NCBI RefSeq assembly: GCF_036971445.1
Contig: NC_091471.1
Location: forward strand, 255,502,001 to 255,566,000
DNA: 64,000 nt
Reading direction: 5' to 3'
Source: Narcine bancroftii
Taxonomy: Eukaryota
Below the pieces are notes generated by a model that saw nothing but the letters and a program-made list of their open reading frames with translations, was not told the origin of the DNA and did no database searches. The translations under genes and the position numbers were made by a program. Shown piece after piece: positions 50,191 to 63,429 of the stretch (position 1 is its first letter; each line of letters starts with the position of its first letter).

Positions 50191-51427
50191 TCAGTTTCCA
50201 TTTAACTCCACCCCTCCCCTTCTTCCCCAGTGCTCTCTCTCTCTCTCTTTCACTCTTTCTTTTTTCCCTCTATCTCCTTTCACAGAGCTAAAATTAATTC
50301 TCACCTCTCTTATCATATCCAATTAACACCTTATGTTGGCAGGACTCCTCCCCCAGCCAGCCTTATTTTTAATTCAGACGCCTTCCTGTTCTTTGCTTAT
50401 TCCTTGAAGAAGGTTCAAGTCTGAAGCATTGGGAATATATCTTTACCCTCCTAAGGGCACTGGTGAATTTCTGCAGTATTTGTTTGCGTTTTACCACAAT
50501 CACAGTGTCTGCAGACTTTTGTGTTTCACAAAGCCTGTTAACCATTGGGTAAGGTTACTGAATCCCAAGAGAATTCTCACTTCTTCTGTGCTCAGATTCC
50601 TGGATGAACAATGAACCACAGACACTGCCTGACTTTGACTTTTCTTGCACTCTCTTCATTTAGTTTGGAAAATACTTTAATATAAATGCTCACACTGAAT
50701 TTTGTGACATGTTCTTTACCATAAATTCTCATTCTGAGAAGCAGGCACTTCTTTGCAGTACTTATGGCAGCAAGGTCAGCGCAATGCTGTTACAGCGCCA
50801 GCCATCGGGATCCTGCGCTGCCTGTGAGGAGTTTGCACATTCACCCTGTGTCTGCGCAGGCTTCCTCCAGGGGCTCCGGTTTCCTCCCACCATTTAAAAT
50901 GTACTGGAGAGGGGTGGAAATTGGGTGGCATGGTCCGAATGGCCTGTTACTGTACTGTATGTCCAAATACCATACTGTATGCCAAAATTATTTAAATTTA
51001 AATTGATATGGAACAGTACGTCTTGGAAAACTGGAAGTTTTACTGTACAATTATGGGACTTTGTGAGCCCCGAAGCACTTTCCTTCAGTAGGATTAGTCA
51101 CTACATGGCAGTGCTTCTTGCTGTAACTGGGTTCTCATGTTTTGCAAAGCAATAATAAAGTTTTGAACTTTATTGAACTATGTTTTGAACTATGGCTGAG
51201 ATTGTTAATTCCAATCCACTTTCACAATGCAATCTGGATGTGGCCAATCACAAATTACTGGGTCAGCCTTTTATCTTCTGCATCCAACCCAAAGGCATGA
51301 ACACTGAATTTGCAAATTCAGGCAGCCCAGTCCCCCTTGATCCCTTCCTGCCCCTGTTTCTCCAGCCATGCGCTGCCCACTCTCCCTTCCATTCCAAACT
51401 ACCCCATCCTCTGTCGAGGGCCGGAAG

Positions 51428-52002
51428 CAGTGGCATAGCTAGGGGGAAAGAAGGAGGAATGCCTGCCCCCCCCCCCCCCCCCCCACCAAGCACATTTGTC
51501 AGAAGTGGTGCCTTTTCCTTCTCTGGCCTGATGCTGCCACTACCCCCCAACCCTACTCAGATTTGACACCTCCACCACTGCACCTCACCCCCCACCTTGC
51601 TCTGCTCCGGTCTGATGCTGTCACCCCACCTGCCACCTCTACCCCACTCTCCAAACCCCCGTTCCAACACTGCCACCATCCACAAACCAGGTCAATCAGG
51701 TTTGATGCTGCCACCATCTGCCACCACTATGTTCTGGTCTGCTACTGTTGCCACTCCACACCCCACCCCATTCCTCTCCTAGTCCATTGCCACCCCACCC
51801 AACCCTGCTCCAGTCTGCTGCTGCCATTCTGTCCAGCTCTCGACTGATGCCACCGCCACCCAACCCCTCTGCTCTGGTCTGACGCCACTGAAAAATTAGC
51901 GTGGCCTGCTATTCAACCAATGATTCACCATCTGGTCGGGGTCGTGGGGCCTTTTTCATGTGCACTCAGTCCCCCTAACTTTAGGACCTGGCTACACCCC
52001 TG
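51428..52002. mobile_element. hAT-type MITE with internal degenerate C-rich repeats
   Basis: TIR cagtggcatagctagg / cctggctacacccctg; 8-bp TSD gccggaag/gcctgaag. Confidence 0.8.
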
Positions 52003-52084
52003 GCCTGAAGGGCCTGTAACTCTGAATTAAAGCAAAGCTCATGCTCTTGTGCTAAAAGCAGAATGCAATCCTGTCCCACTTTGA

Positions 52085-52210
52085 TGTGTGTGGGATCTTT
52101 CTGTGCGTGGACTGGGTCATCACCACGGTGAATACATTTTGTGAAGCACTAAAGCTGCCAAGTGCTTTGGGATGTGATGTTGTGAACAGCCCCATATATG
52201 TCTGTAATTT
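52085..52210 (+). mobile_element. Ancient Deu-domain SINE remnant (AmnSINE1/SacSINE1-like)
   Basis: tgtgggatctttctgtgcg...aagtgctttgggatgt..tgtgaa..c..tatat resembles the Deu-SINE core and 3' end as recalled. Confidence 0.5.
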
Positions 52211-53774
52211 CTTTTACTTGGCAGATAAACTTGAGCAAGATTTATAGGACAAACGAGATGCCAAATATTGAGCAACTTCCATTTCCAACCGGTGAATAAT
52301 ATCACAAGGGATACAGGAGTTACCAATAATATCTCTTGAATAAGCTATAATTATATCCACATTTACTGTTATAGTAATAATGATAAAATAATTACCGTGT
52401 AATTACATGAAAGTGATTGGCTTTGAGTTGAGCAGCAGTGGGTGCAGTCTCGGGCCTCGATTCTGCTGCCACTGCAAACTTTGGCACAGGCTCTGACACT
52501 CACCACAGCCCCACAGTGGATCTGGTTCAGTGCCAGCGACGCTGTGGGAGAAGGGAACAAAGCAAACTGTACGTACCCTCGNNNNNNNNNNNNNNNNNNN
52601 NNNNNNNNNNNNNNNNNNNNNNNNNNNNNNNNNNNNNNNNNNNNNNNNNNNNNNNNNNNNNNNNNNNNNNNNNNNNNNNNNNNNNNNNNNNNNNNNNNNN
52701 NNNNNNNNNNNNNNNNNNNNNNNNNNNNNNNNNNNNNNNNNNNNNNNNNNNNNNNNNNNNNNNNNNNNNNNNNNNNNNNNNNNNAGCTAACACAGCATGT
52801 TGCAAATGAACAGTTCCATCAGGAATGGAAGTTGGCTTTGTTATGTCAAGGGGATGCAAAGTGGTCAAGAAGAGGTTTGAAGATTGAACTGGACTATTTT
52901 TTGTCACACACATTGAGATAGAGTGAAAAATGTTGTTTTGTGTGTTATCCAGACAAATCGATCCATACTCAAGTTTGCCAGGGAATGCAATAATAAAACC
53001 AAAGTGCAGTGTATTGTTACATAGAAAATGATCAATTGTAAAATTCACCGTCATCGATTCACCAGTGAAAGGTCCGTTCATTCGACTGATCTAAGCAGGA
53101 AAGAAGACATCTTTGAATGTCCAACAGAAGGTTGGGGGGGGGGAGAAGAGAGCATGAGCTGGGTGGGATGGGCCTTTCAGTATATTGACTTAATTCCTCG
53201 GACAGCAGGAGATGTGGACAGAGGTGAGGTTGGTTGTGTGACGACCTGAGATGCATTCACATCATCTCCCTGTAACCTCTCATGGACTTGAGCAGAGCAG
53301 TTCTCCCAGTATATCCTACCGGGAGAACATCTACAAGAATTGGCGAGACTCACCAAATTTCCTTCTGTTCAGGCATTGGCCATAGCTTAGCATTGGACCA
53401 GAACAGAGGGTTGGTGATATTAATGCCCAAAACCCAAAGCTCTCTACCATCCCCACTCCAACACCATTGATGCCGACCTGGGTGTGTGCTCCATCATGTT
53501 TTGATGCTCAGAAATACTCCTTGCAAATGTTCTCATGGGTACGTAGGGATCACTGGATCATGCCAATTAAAAGTATTTGAGATGGCATTGAAAATCTTGG
53601 GAGCCTTCATCAGGCGGACACCGAAGCCCTACACAGTTTGTGGTAGGGCATGCCACCTGTCGGTGCTGAAGTCCCACATTGCAACATGAGACCCAGAAGG
53701 CAAACAACTCATCCTCAATGAAATGGAAGTGGAAATAGACTCTTCAACCATCGAGTCTGGTCCGCTGTTTAATG

Positions 53775-54155
53775 ATACATTTCCCCACTCAGCCTTAGTG
53801 CCCAGTCTTCTCCTCACAATCACAAACCTCCCAATCTTTGCCTTAAATACACTGAATGGCTTGGCCGCCATTGTCTGTGGCAACAAATTCTACAGATCTA
53901 CCACCCTCTAGCTGAAAAAATTCTGCTGCACCTCTGTTCTAAGTGGACATCCTTCAATCCTGAAGTTGTACCCTCTTGTCCCAGACTCTCCCATGAGGGG
54001 AAACAACTTTTCTACATCTACTCTGTCCATGACTTTCAATATTTAAAATGTTTCAATGAGATGCCCATCATTCTCCTAAATTCCAACGAGTTCCGGACAA
54101 GAGCTGTCAAACGCTCCTCGTGTGATAATCCTTTAATTCCCGGAGTCATCCTTGT
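53775..54155 (-). mobile_element. CR1-like LINE 3' fragment
   Basis: ggcaacaaattctacagat..accaccctct..ccctcttgtcc motifs. Confidence 0.75.
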
Positions 54156-54451
54156 TAACAGGTTGGATTAAAGCAAGAAGAAGTAAGGCACCCCTAGTGG
54201 CTCATGCTTAAATTGTCCCTCACCAGAAACCGGTGCCATGGACAATGCTGAAGGTTGGTGTAGGTTACAACAAGATGCAGAGTTGAACGGAAAAGTAGCA
54301 GATGGAATTCAATCTAGGAAACTGTGAGTTAATGCCCGTTGGAAGGTCAAACTTGAATGCTGAGTATAAGGTTAATGACAGGACACTTAAAAGAGTGGAA
54401 GAACAATTGGTACAAATCTATGGATCTCGAAAGGTTGCCGCCCAGGTTGAT

Positions 54452-57393
54452 AAGGACAAGTTCTACACTGATCTGCTCAACCTCATCCAATGCACCGCTA
54501 CAGCCGACAAGGTTGTCATCCTTGGCGACTTCAACACTCGCGTCGGCAAAGACTCAGAAACCTGGCCAGGAATCCTTGGCAAGCATGGTGTCGGCAAGTG
54601 CAAAGACAACGGGCGCCTCCTGTTGGAACTCTACGCAGAACAGCGGCTTGTCATTACTAACACCCTTTTCCAGCAGAGAGACAGCCTGAAGACTACCTGG
54701 ATGCATCCCCGATCCAAACACTGGCACCACCTGGACTACGTTCTGGTGTGAGGAAGAGACAAACGAGATGTGCTCCACACCAGGGTCATGCCCAGCATGG
54801 AATGCCACACTGACCACCGGCTTGTTCGAGGAAGAGACAAATGAGATGTGCTCCACACCAGGATAATGCCCAGCGTGGAATGCCACACTGACCACCGGCT
54901 TGTTCGCTGCAAGCTCAACCTTCACTTCAAGCGAAAGTTCAAGAACAGTGGTGCCCCCAGAAAGAGGTTCAATGTTGGAAACTTGCAGTCAGACGTAGTG
55001 AGAGGAAACTTCCAGGCAAACCTCCAAGCAAGGCTCGAGGATGCAAACTGCCTCACGGACATGTCTCCTGAAACCCTCTGGGATCAGCTGAAAATGGTCA
55101 TACTGCAATCCACTGAAGAGGTACTGGGCTTCTCTTCCAGGAAAAACAAGGACTGGTTTGACGTAAACAACCAGGAAATCCAGGAGCTGCTGGCAAAGAA
55201 GCGATCTGCCCACCAGGGTCACCTTGCAAAGCCTTCCTGGCTAGAGAAAAAACGAGCCTTCCGTCTTGCATGCAGCCACCTTCAGCGCTAACTCTGGGAG
55301 ATCCAAAATGAGTGGTGGACTAGCCTCACCAAATGAACCCAGCTTAGCGTCGACATTGGCGACTTCAGGGGTTTTTATGAAACACTAAAGGTGGTGTACG
55401 GCCCCTCACCCCAAGTCCAAAGCCTTCTGCGCAGCTCAGATGGCGAAGTCCTCCTCAGTGACAAGGTCTCCATTCTCAATCGATGGTCAGAATACTTCCA
55501 ATCCCTTTTCAGTGTCAGCCGCTCAGTCCAAGAATCCACCCTGCTCCAGCTCCCTCAACAACCCTTGAGGCTAGAGCTGGATGAGGTCCTTACCTGGGAA
55601 GAGACATATAAGGCAATTGAACAACTGAAAAGTGGCAAAGCAGCAAGTATGGATGGAATCCCCCCCAGAGGTCTGGATGGCTGGTGGCAAAGCTTTGCAT
55701 ACCAAACTGCATGAGTTTTTCCTGCTCTGCTGGGACCAAGGAAAGCTGCCTCAGGACCTTCGTGATGCCATCATCATCACCCTGTACAAAAACAAAGGCG
55801 AGAAATCAGACTGCTCAAACTATAGGGGAATCACGCTGCTCTCCATTGCAGGCAAAAATCTTCGCTAGGATTCTCCTTAATAGACTAATACCTAGTGTCG
55901 CCAAAAATGTCCTTGCAGAATCACAGTGTGGCTTTCGCGCAAACAGAGGAACTACTGACATGGTCTTTGCCCTCAGACAGCTCCAAGAAAAGTGCAGAGA
56001 ACAAAACAAAGGACTCTACCTCACCTTTGTTAACCTCACCAAAGCCTTTGACACTGTGAGCAGGAAAGGGTTTTGGCAAATACTAGAGCGCCTCGGATAC
56101 CCCCCCCCCCCCAAGTTCCTCAACATGGTTATCCAACTGCATGAAAACCAACAAGGTCGGGTCAGATACAGCAATGAGCTCTCCGAACCCTTCTCCATTG
56201 ACAACGGCGTGAAGCAAGGCTGCATCCTCGCACCAGCCCTCTTTACTATCTTCTTCAGCATGATGCTGAAACAAGCCAATAAAGACCTCAACAATGAAGA
56301 TGGTGTTTACATCCGGTACCTCACGGATGGCAGTCTCTTCAATGTGAGGCGCCTGCAAGCTCACACCAAGACACAAGAGCAACTTGTCCATGAACTACTC
56401 TTTGCAGACAATGCCGCTTTAGTTGCCCATTCAGAGGCAGCTCTCCAGCACTTGATGTCCTGTTTTGCAGAAACTGCCAAAATGTTTGGCCTGGTAATCA
56501 GCCTGAAGAAAACTGAGGTCCTCCATCAGCCAGCTCCCCACCATGACCACCAGCACCCCCACATCTCCATCGGGCATGCTGAACTCAAAATGGTCAGCCA
56601 GTTTATCTACCTCGGCTGCATCATTTCATCTGATGCAAGGATCGACAAAGAGATAGACAACAGACTCGCCAAGGCAAATAGCACCTTTGGAAGACTACAC
56701 AAAAGACTCTGGAAAAACAACCACCTGAAGAAACACACAAAAATCAGTATGTACAGAGCCGTTGTCATACCCACACTCCTGTTCAGCTCCGAATCATGGG
56801 TCCTCTACCGGCATCACCTACGGCTCCTAGTACGCTTCCATCAGCGCTGTCTCCGCTCCATCCTCAACATTCATTGGAATGACTTCATCACCAACATCGA
56901 AGTACTCAAGCTGGCAGAGTCCGCAAGCATCAAATCCATGCTGCTGAAGACCCAACTGCGCTGGGTGGGTCACATCTCCAGAATGGAGGACCATTACCTT
57001 CCCAAGATCACGTTATATGACGAGCTCTCCACTGGCCACTGAGACAGAGGTGCACCAAAGAAGAAGTACAAGGACTGCTTAAAGAAATCTCTTGGTGCCT
57101 GCCACATTGACCACCGCCAGTGGGCTGATCTCGCCTCCAACCGTGCATCTTGGCGCCTCACAGTTCAGCGGGCAGCAACCTCCTTTGAAGAAGACTGCAG
57201 AGCCCACCTCACTGACAAAAGTCAAAGGAGGAAAATCCCAACACCCAACCCCAAGCAACCAATTTTCCCTTGCAACCGTTGCAACCGTGCCTGCCTGTCC
57301 TGCATTGGACTTGTCAGTCACCAATGAGCCTGCAACAGATGTGGACATACCCGTCCATAAATCTTCGTCCGCGAAGCGAAGCCAAAGAAAAAA
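54452..57393 (+). mobile_element. RTE-clade LINE, 5'-truncated and inactive (APE endonuclease part, RT, C-terminal Zn finger)
   Basis: VILGDFN.RVG, TWMHPRSKHWH.LDY, TDHRLV, ESQCGFR, GVKQGC, LLFADN (catalytic D lost); stops and frameshifts; 3' end taaatcttcgtccgcgaagc.aagccaaagaa; flanked by CR1 sequence (54240-54451, 57394-57640). Confidence 0.95.
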
Positions 57394-57814
57394 GATAAGA
57401 TCATTAGATGCAGAGAGAAGGCAGACAGCCAGCAACTTTGTCCCAGGGCAGGAATAGCAACACCAGATGACATCTGGACAAAGTGAAGGGAGAAAAGTTT
57501 AGGGGAGATGTCAGAGGTAGGTTTTTTTATATAGAGTTGTGGTAACTGGAATCCAGGTGTTGAGATGATGGCTGGAATAATAGGGGCATTTAAGAATCTC
57601 TTAGGCATGCACATAGATGACAGAAAAATCTAGCGTTACGAGGTAACAAACTCTGTGTCTACAAGGGAAGGTCTGCCTCCACATTGCCCTGATGAGGATG
57701 TTGACTCCTCTTCCCAGATTTAGGAATTGGAAACTGGGTAGGATACGATTACTTCACTGCAAGATGCAGAGATTGGATTTGACTCCTGAATTCGCTGGGT
57801 TGATTCAGCTTCCC

Positions 57815-58066
57815 TGGGGTGTGGGATTGCAGATGGAAACAGTTTCCCTGGGATGTGGGGTTTCAGAGGGAGTCAGTTTCCCCGGGATGTGGGGTGCAGA
57901 TGGAGTCAGTTTCCCCGGGATGTGGGGTGCAGATGGGGGAAGGTTTTCTTGGGGTATGGGGAGCAGATGGAGTCAGTTTCCCTGGGGTGTGGGATGCAGA
58001 TGGAGTAGGTTTTCTTGGGTTGTGGGGCGTAGATGGGATCAGTTTCCCTGGGGAGTGGGGTGCAGA
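57815..58066. repeat. ~33-bp G-rich minisatellite
   Basis: ggagtcagtttccccgggatgtggggtgcagat, about 7 copies. Confidence 0.9.
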
Positions 58067-58899
58067 TAAATTCACACCACTCTATTGTGCCAAGCTGAGA
58101 GTTAGGCAATGCCTGAATGTCTTAACGTTCTTGGCTGATGATGAGTCCACTGCATCAAGAACAGGTTTAAGTTCAGCATGCCACCTCAACAGCTAATGAA
58201 ACATTAACCCGCTGGCAACACCCCCTCCGCCATCCCCACTCTTGACTCTAACAAAAAAATGAATAAACTGTTGTCCACCTCTTTACGGACAAAGACTCTT
58301 GGTTAAATTCTTCACCACATGGGCCTTGCTGCTCTGGAATGGTAGCTGAATCACAGATCACCTTCCTTTCTTTTTAAGATATTTATGAATTTAAAAACCC
58401 TTTCCACAAGGTACCCTCGTCTGAATGCTACTGGTACTATGTACTACCTGTTGCATGGTCTGGTGGTCGGCAACTAAACTGGCTACCCCACCAGACTTAC
58501 CTGGTGTAGAAGATGGGTAGACACCCTGCAGAATGAAACACAAGACCTTCTAAAGGGCAGACAAACCCTCTCATCAGGTCAACGTCTATTCAGCAAACAC
58601 ATGCCATGAAGCGCATCCCTTGCATTGAAATTGGGTTTGGCCATGCACTGCCACAGAAATTTCCCCCCGTGTTTTGGGCCTCACCATGCTGCTGGATCTG
58701 GGAAGGGATGTCAGGAGGGTGGATCTGGACCTGTGCAAACCCTGACTCACCTAAATATATTCACGCACATGCTGTTCCCCACAAACTGACTGAAAGGAGC
58801 CATCAACATCCTATGGGATGGAGAGCGAGGGGAAGACTAATGGTAACATAAATCAAATCATATCATACATATGCCACATAGCAATTGATAATGAGAAGC

Positions 58900-59760
58900 A
58901 TAATTATTACATTAACTTATTTCATTCAGAACATCAAATTCTATAATTATAATAATTAAATAATTAAATCATATTATCCTAAAATAATATTGAACACAAA
59001 AATAATACACATAAAACTCCCTTATATATTTTATACTTCTCTGATGTGATCATGTTGTTCTGTGATATGATCCTTGGTCTGTAGTTAAACCCCCCCCCCT
59101 TAATAAAATAAAAAGGAAAAAAAATCTCCCAACTAATCTCCTCCTCCCTCTAAACAAAGTTATCTGTATATGTAGTAAATCTGAATTGAATAACGGCCCC
59201 CAGACACCAGGCAGGGAATCCCTGGAGCGTCCACACTACTTCAATCCTCAGATAATGATAATAATCCATGAATTCAGACTTTGCATCTTTAATGTTTAAT
59301 CTAATTTTTTTTCCAAACTTAAATTAGACAGGATTGCAGTGCAATCAATAACCACAAGCAGACTTGAAGTGAGCGCTTAAAGGCTTTAATATCCAGAAAC
59401 ATCAGGCATGTATCTACATGCTGCTGGCCCCGGTTTCAAGGCTGGTATGGAGGGAGGAGACTAGGGCTTTATTGGGAATCTTACAGGGTAGAGTTACATG
59501 GTTGGAGGCGGGCCAGCCTGAGGTCATACCTGCACTTCCGTGTTCCACCACAATGATATCATATAACCATTGAATGTGAGAGGTTGAAATTTTATCTTTC
59601 CACTTAATCAAAATTGCTTGTCTCGCTATCAATGAAGCAAGAGCTAAGATCCCCTTCTGGGTTGCGGACGGAGGTATATCCTCTTCTGGAGAAAAGCCAA
59701 ATAAAGCAAACAAATGACGGTTCTAATTTAGCCTAGATCCACCTTCCTTTCTCTTCAACC
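58900..59760 (-). mobile_element. L1/Tx1 3' fragment interrupted by a solo LTR
   Basis: ALFG..LALASLIARQAILIKWK..QWLYDI. Confidence 0.75.
59335..59552 (-). mobile_element. Solo LTR (218 bp)
   Basis: TG...CA; near-TSD aggat/atgat; splits the L1 ORF2; minus-strand aataaa/attaaa signals. Confidence 0.65.
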
Positions 59761-60123
59761 TGTAGAGCATTAAAGCATCAAGTAAATTAGGAACATATGT
59801 TCATGAGAGAAAGCACAGACAAAATGTGGGAGAAGTTTAAGGACCACTTGCACCAGCTTCAGGATAGGTTTGTCTGACTGAGTTAGAAAACGATGGTAGG
59901 AAAAGGGAACTGTGGTTGACCAAATAGGTGATGCAGCTGTTTGTGAGGAAGGAGGATGCGTACATTAGATTTAGGAAGCAAGAAACAGGAAGGGCTCCTG
60001 AGAATTATATAGTAGCCAGGAAGGAACAAGAAAGGACTGTTTTTTTTGGTACAAATTTGTCAGTCGGCACAACATCGAGGGTTGAAGGGCCTGTACTGTG
60101 CTGTAATGTTCTATTTTCTAATT

Positions 60124-60125
<2 letters not shown>

Positions 60126-60180
<55 letters not shown>

Positions 60181-60862
60181 CTTGTTTAGTGATTGGAAGA
60201 GTGGTGACTGGGGAGGAGATGATAGAGTGGAGATGAAGAGGTGGTGAATGGCAGGATGGTGATAAAATAAATGACAGGGTGAATGAAGGAGAGGAGGGTC
60301 ATGATAGTAAAGATGGAAAAGTGGTTAATGAAGAAGAGAAGATGGAAGGATGTTGATAGTGATGGAGAGATGGTGAATGGAGAGGAGACAGAGGGATGAT
60401 GAATGTAGGAGATGGAAGGATGGTGATGGTGAGATAGTGGAATGGAGAGAAGATGGGGTGATGGTGAATAGAGGGGATATGGAGGGATGGTGAATGTAGG
60501 GGATGGAGAGACAGTGATGGTGATGGTGAGATACTGAATGGAGAGAAGGTGGGGTAATAGTGAATAGAGAGATGTAGAGATGGTGAATGGAAAGAAGAAG
60601 GCGAGATGGTGAATGGAGAGGAGATGGATGGATGATGATGGTGAAATAGTGAATGGAGAGAAGATGGGGTGATGGTCCATGGAGAGATGTAGAGATTGTG
60701 AAAGGTGTGGATGGAGATATAGTGAATGGAGAGATGGAGAGATGGTGAAGAGAGATGGAGAGATGATGAATGGATGAGATGTAGAGATGGTGAATGGAGA
60801 GAAGATGGAGAGATGGTAAATGGGGAGGTGATGGAAGGATGGAGATAGTGAAGATGGAAGGA
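60126..60862. repeat. (GATA)n microsatellite (60126-60180) followed by degenerate purine-rich gatggtgaatggagag repeats
   Basis: Direct inspection. Confidence 0.92.
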
Positions 60863-61554
60863 GAGTTGTGTTGAGGAACAGTCTCACCATTAGTTGCCCT
60901 AATGCTTCTTCCCAGACATGTGGAAGCTGAGCGGTCTCAGATCCCAGGGATTATGCCTCCTCTGATAACATCTGCCAGGTCAGCAGGAGCTGACCTGTCA
61001 AGGGTGTGTCAGAGGTCTTGTTATGAAGGGGCGGGGATGTAGTCACCATCGCTACAATTCCCCAGTATAAGTGCCCTCTGCTACCACTGCCACTGCAACC
61101 TGTAAATAGAAATGTTTACAGATTACTTGAGGAACACCCCGTGAACGTGATCTAATGCCTGATTCCCTCTGCTTCTCACCTCCATGCATTGATAGCAGAT
61201 GATCTCCAGCCACCACCTCCATTGCTAGGCTCACATTCCAGTGGCAATTAACGAGAAAGTGTCGAAAGAAGCGTTGGTTCACGGGTGATTGCGTTGGAAG
61301 AGGTCAGCGATGGTGTTGGGGAAGGCGCTTGCAAACATTGGCTCATTAGCGCTGAGGAAACTGACCTCAAGCAGCTCCCTGACCCTGATTATGTAACCAC
61401 ATTTTGTGTCTCACTTTCGTCTCCATTATCTTGTCTTCTTCCCACATTTTGACAGCTCCTGTGGCAGAAAAATGCTGCGATATACATCTTTTAATTTATT
61501 CCAACCACAATCGACGGATGGAGCCTCTGTGATGGATTCAAGTTGATACAGGCC

Positions 61555-61895
61555 TACACACATACATGTGTACATGCATGCATATATCCACATACATGAG
61601 CACCCAGACAAATATACTCACACACTTACACAAGCATATTANNNNNNNNNNNNNNNNNNNNNNNNNNNNNNNNNNNNNNNNNNNNNNNNNNNNNNNNNNN
61701 NNNNNNNNNNNNNNNNNNNNNNNNNNNNNNNNNNNNNNNNNNNNNNNNNNNNNNNNNNNNNNNNNNNNNNNNNNNNNNNNNNNNNNNNNNNNNNNNNNNN
61801 NNNNNNNNNNNNNNNNNNNNNNNTGGCACACACACAGAGACATACAATGGGACGGGCACACACACGTGTGCACACATATGCACATGCACACTCAT
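61555..61895. repeat. CA-rich low-complexity tract spanning an N gap
   Basis: Direct inspection. Confidence 0.85.
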
Positions 61896-62534
61896 ACTTC
61901 AAACAACACTGAATGTCTGGTCATAAACAAACTGCATTGTTAAAGGAGGAAGACATGAAGACATGAACTATGTACGTTATCAGAACCTTTCACCAACAGA
62001 TGACGTCCCATAATGTTTTACAGCCTTTTGAATCTCCTTTTCTGTTATTATTCCATAATGCAGGAGCCAATGTGGGTCAATAGTTTAATTAATGGCATGC
62101 CTACCTTGTGTGCGGAAAACCCAAGTTGCAACCCTATTGTGACAAACTTAATTTGTGGCATCTCTCAGACCCCCCAGCTCCAGTCACGCAGATTTGATGA
62201 TTGGTGACCCTCGTGAAGTATCAGATTTGAGTGCACAGTAAATGATTAATGGTTATGTGGGTGCACTGTGGAAATTTTACTATTTCAACGCAGCTTAAGT
62301 GCCTCGGAACACAGAAGGTTGCAGAACCGAGCCAAGTTCATCTCCTGCCCATTGAAGACATCCTGTGCTGTTAGTTGCGGCTCAAGGCCACAACTAACAG
62401 CACAGAGCACCCTTATCACCATGGTCATGACCTCTTCTTACTGCTACCTTGGGCAGAAGGTACAGAAGCCTGAAGACCAGCTCCTCTAGGTTCAAGAACA
62501 CAAGAACTATCAGGGCCTTGAACCTCCCCATGCT

Positions 62535-63150
62535 ACCTTTCCCCCTCCGCTACCTTTCCCCCTCTGCTCTCCGCTCTATCCTCAGTAGAAGCGTCAGCTT
62601 TGGCCTCCTTCGCCCACACCTTAATGAGCTCCTTGCATACCATGGTGCAAAACCCTTCTTTATTCATTCCCGTCGCCTCGACAACCAGGATTGTCCACAT
62701 CCCCAACCCCACGTGATAGACACCCTCCGCTTTAAACCTTCTTCCTCCTCCTGGACACCTCGTTCATCCTTCTGCTTAAACTGGCCATTTATATTTCTGA
62801 CTATCAGCCACTCCCCTCACTCTCACCCTGCCTGACCCTCCACTCTCTCTGCACTTAATTCCAACCTCACCATCAAATCTGCAAATGGGGGTGGGAGGGA
62901 GCACTGTTGTGGTCTGGTACACTGACCCCTATCTGGCAGAAGCGAGACGACAACTCTCAGATGCCTGCTCCTACTCACTCCTCCAGCAGGACGCCACTAA
63001 ACCACTCTATCCCACAGTAGAAGCAGTCAGGCTCAAAACATCGGCATTACATCTTTACCTCCTGCGGACGCTGCGAGACCTGCCGAGCTCCTCCAGCATT
63101 TCTGTGTTTTTACTACAATAACAGTGTCTGCAGACGTTCATGTTTCACTC
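62535..63150 (+). mobile_element. Heavily deleted Penelope-like element with terminal repeat
   Basis: G.TVVVWYTDPYLAEARRQLSD (DKG-region motif), then gagctcctccagca..gtctgcagac terminus. Confidence 0.7.
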
Positions 63151-63429
63151 TAACTCGAGGACTATCAAAAGATCTGTCTGCCTGACTGAAATGTCACTTT
63201 TCATCTTCTGCTAACCCTAACTGTGAAATTTTATATTTATCTATCTTTTTTTTTAATCGTTTTTTTCTCTCGAGTCATATTGCTATTTGTAGTTGGTGTA
63301 TCCTTATGTGTCTGAGTTGCTGCAGCAAGTCAAATTTTGATTTGGTTTTAACTCTACTTTGATGATAATATAATCTCATCTCAATGAAGCATTCTCCGTT
63401 GCTTCCTTGGACAGAGAACTCCACAGATA

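Noticed and set aside
55684-57042. 452-aa ORF as an active or domesticated reverse transcriptase
   Set aside because: Catalytic motif reads FADN, the N-terminus is frameshifted, and stops flank the ORF.
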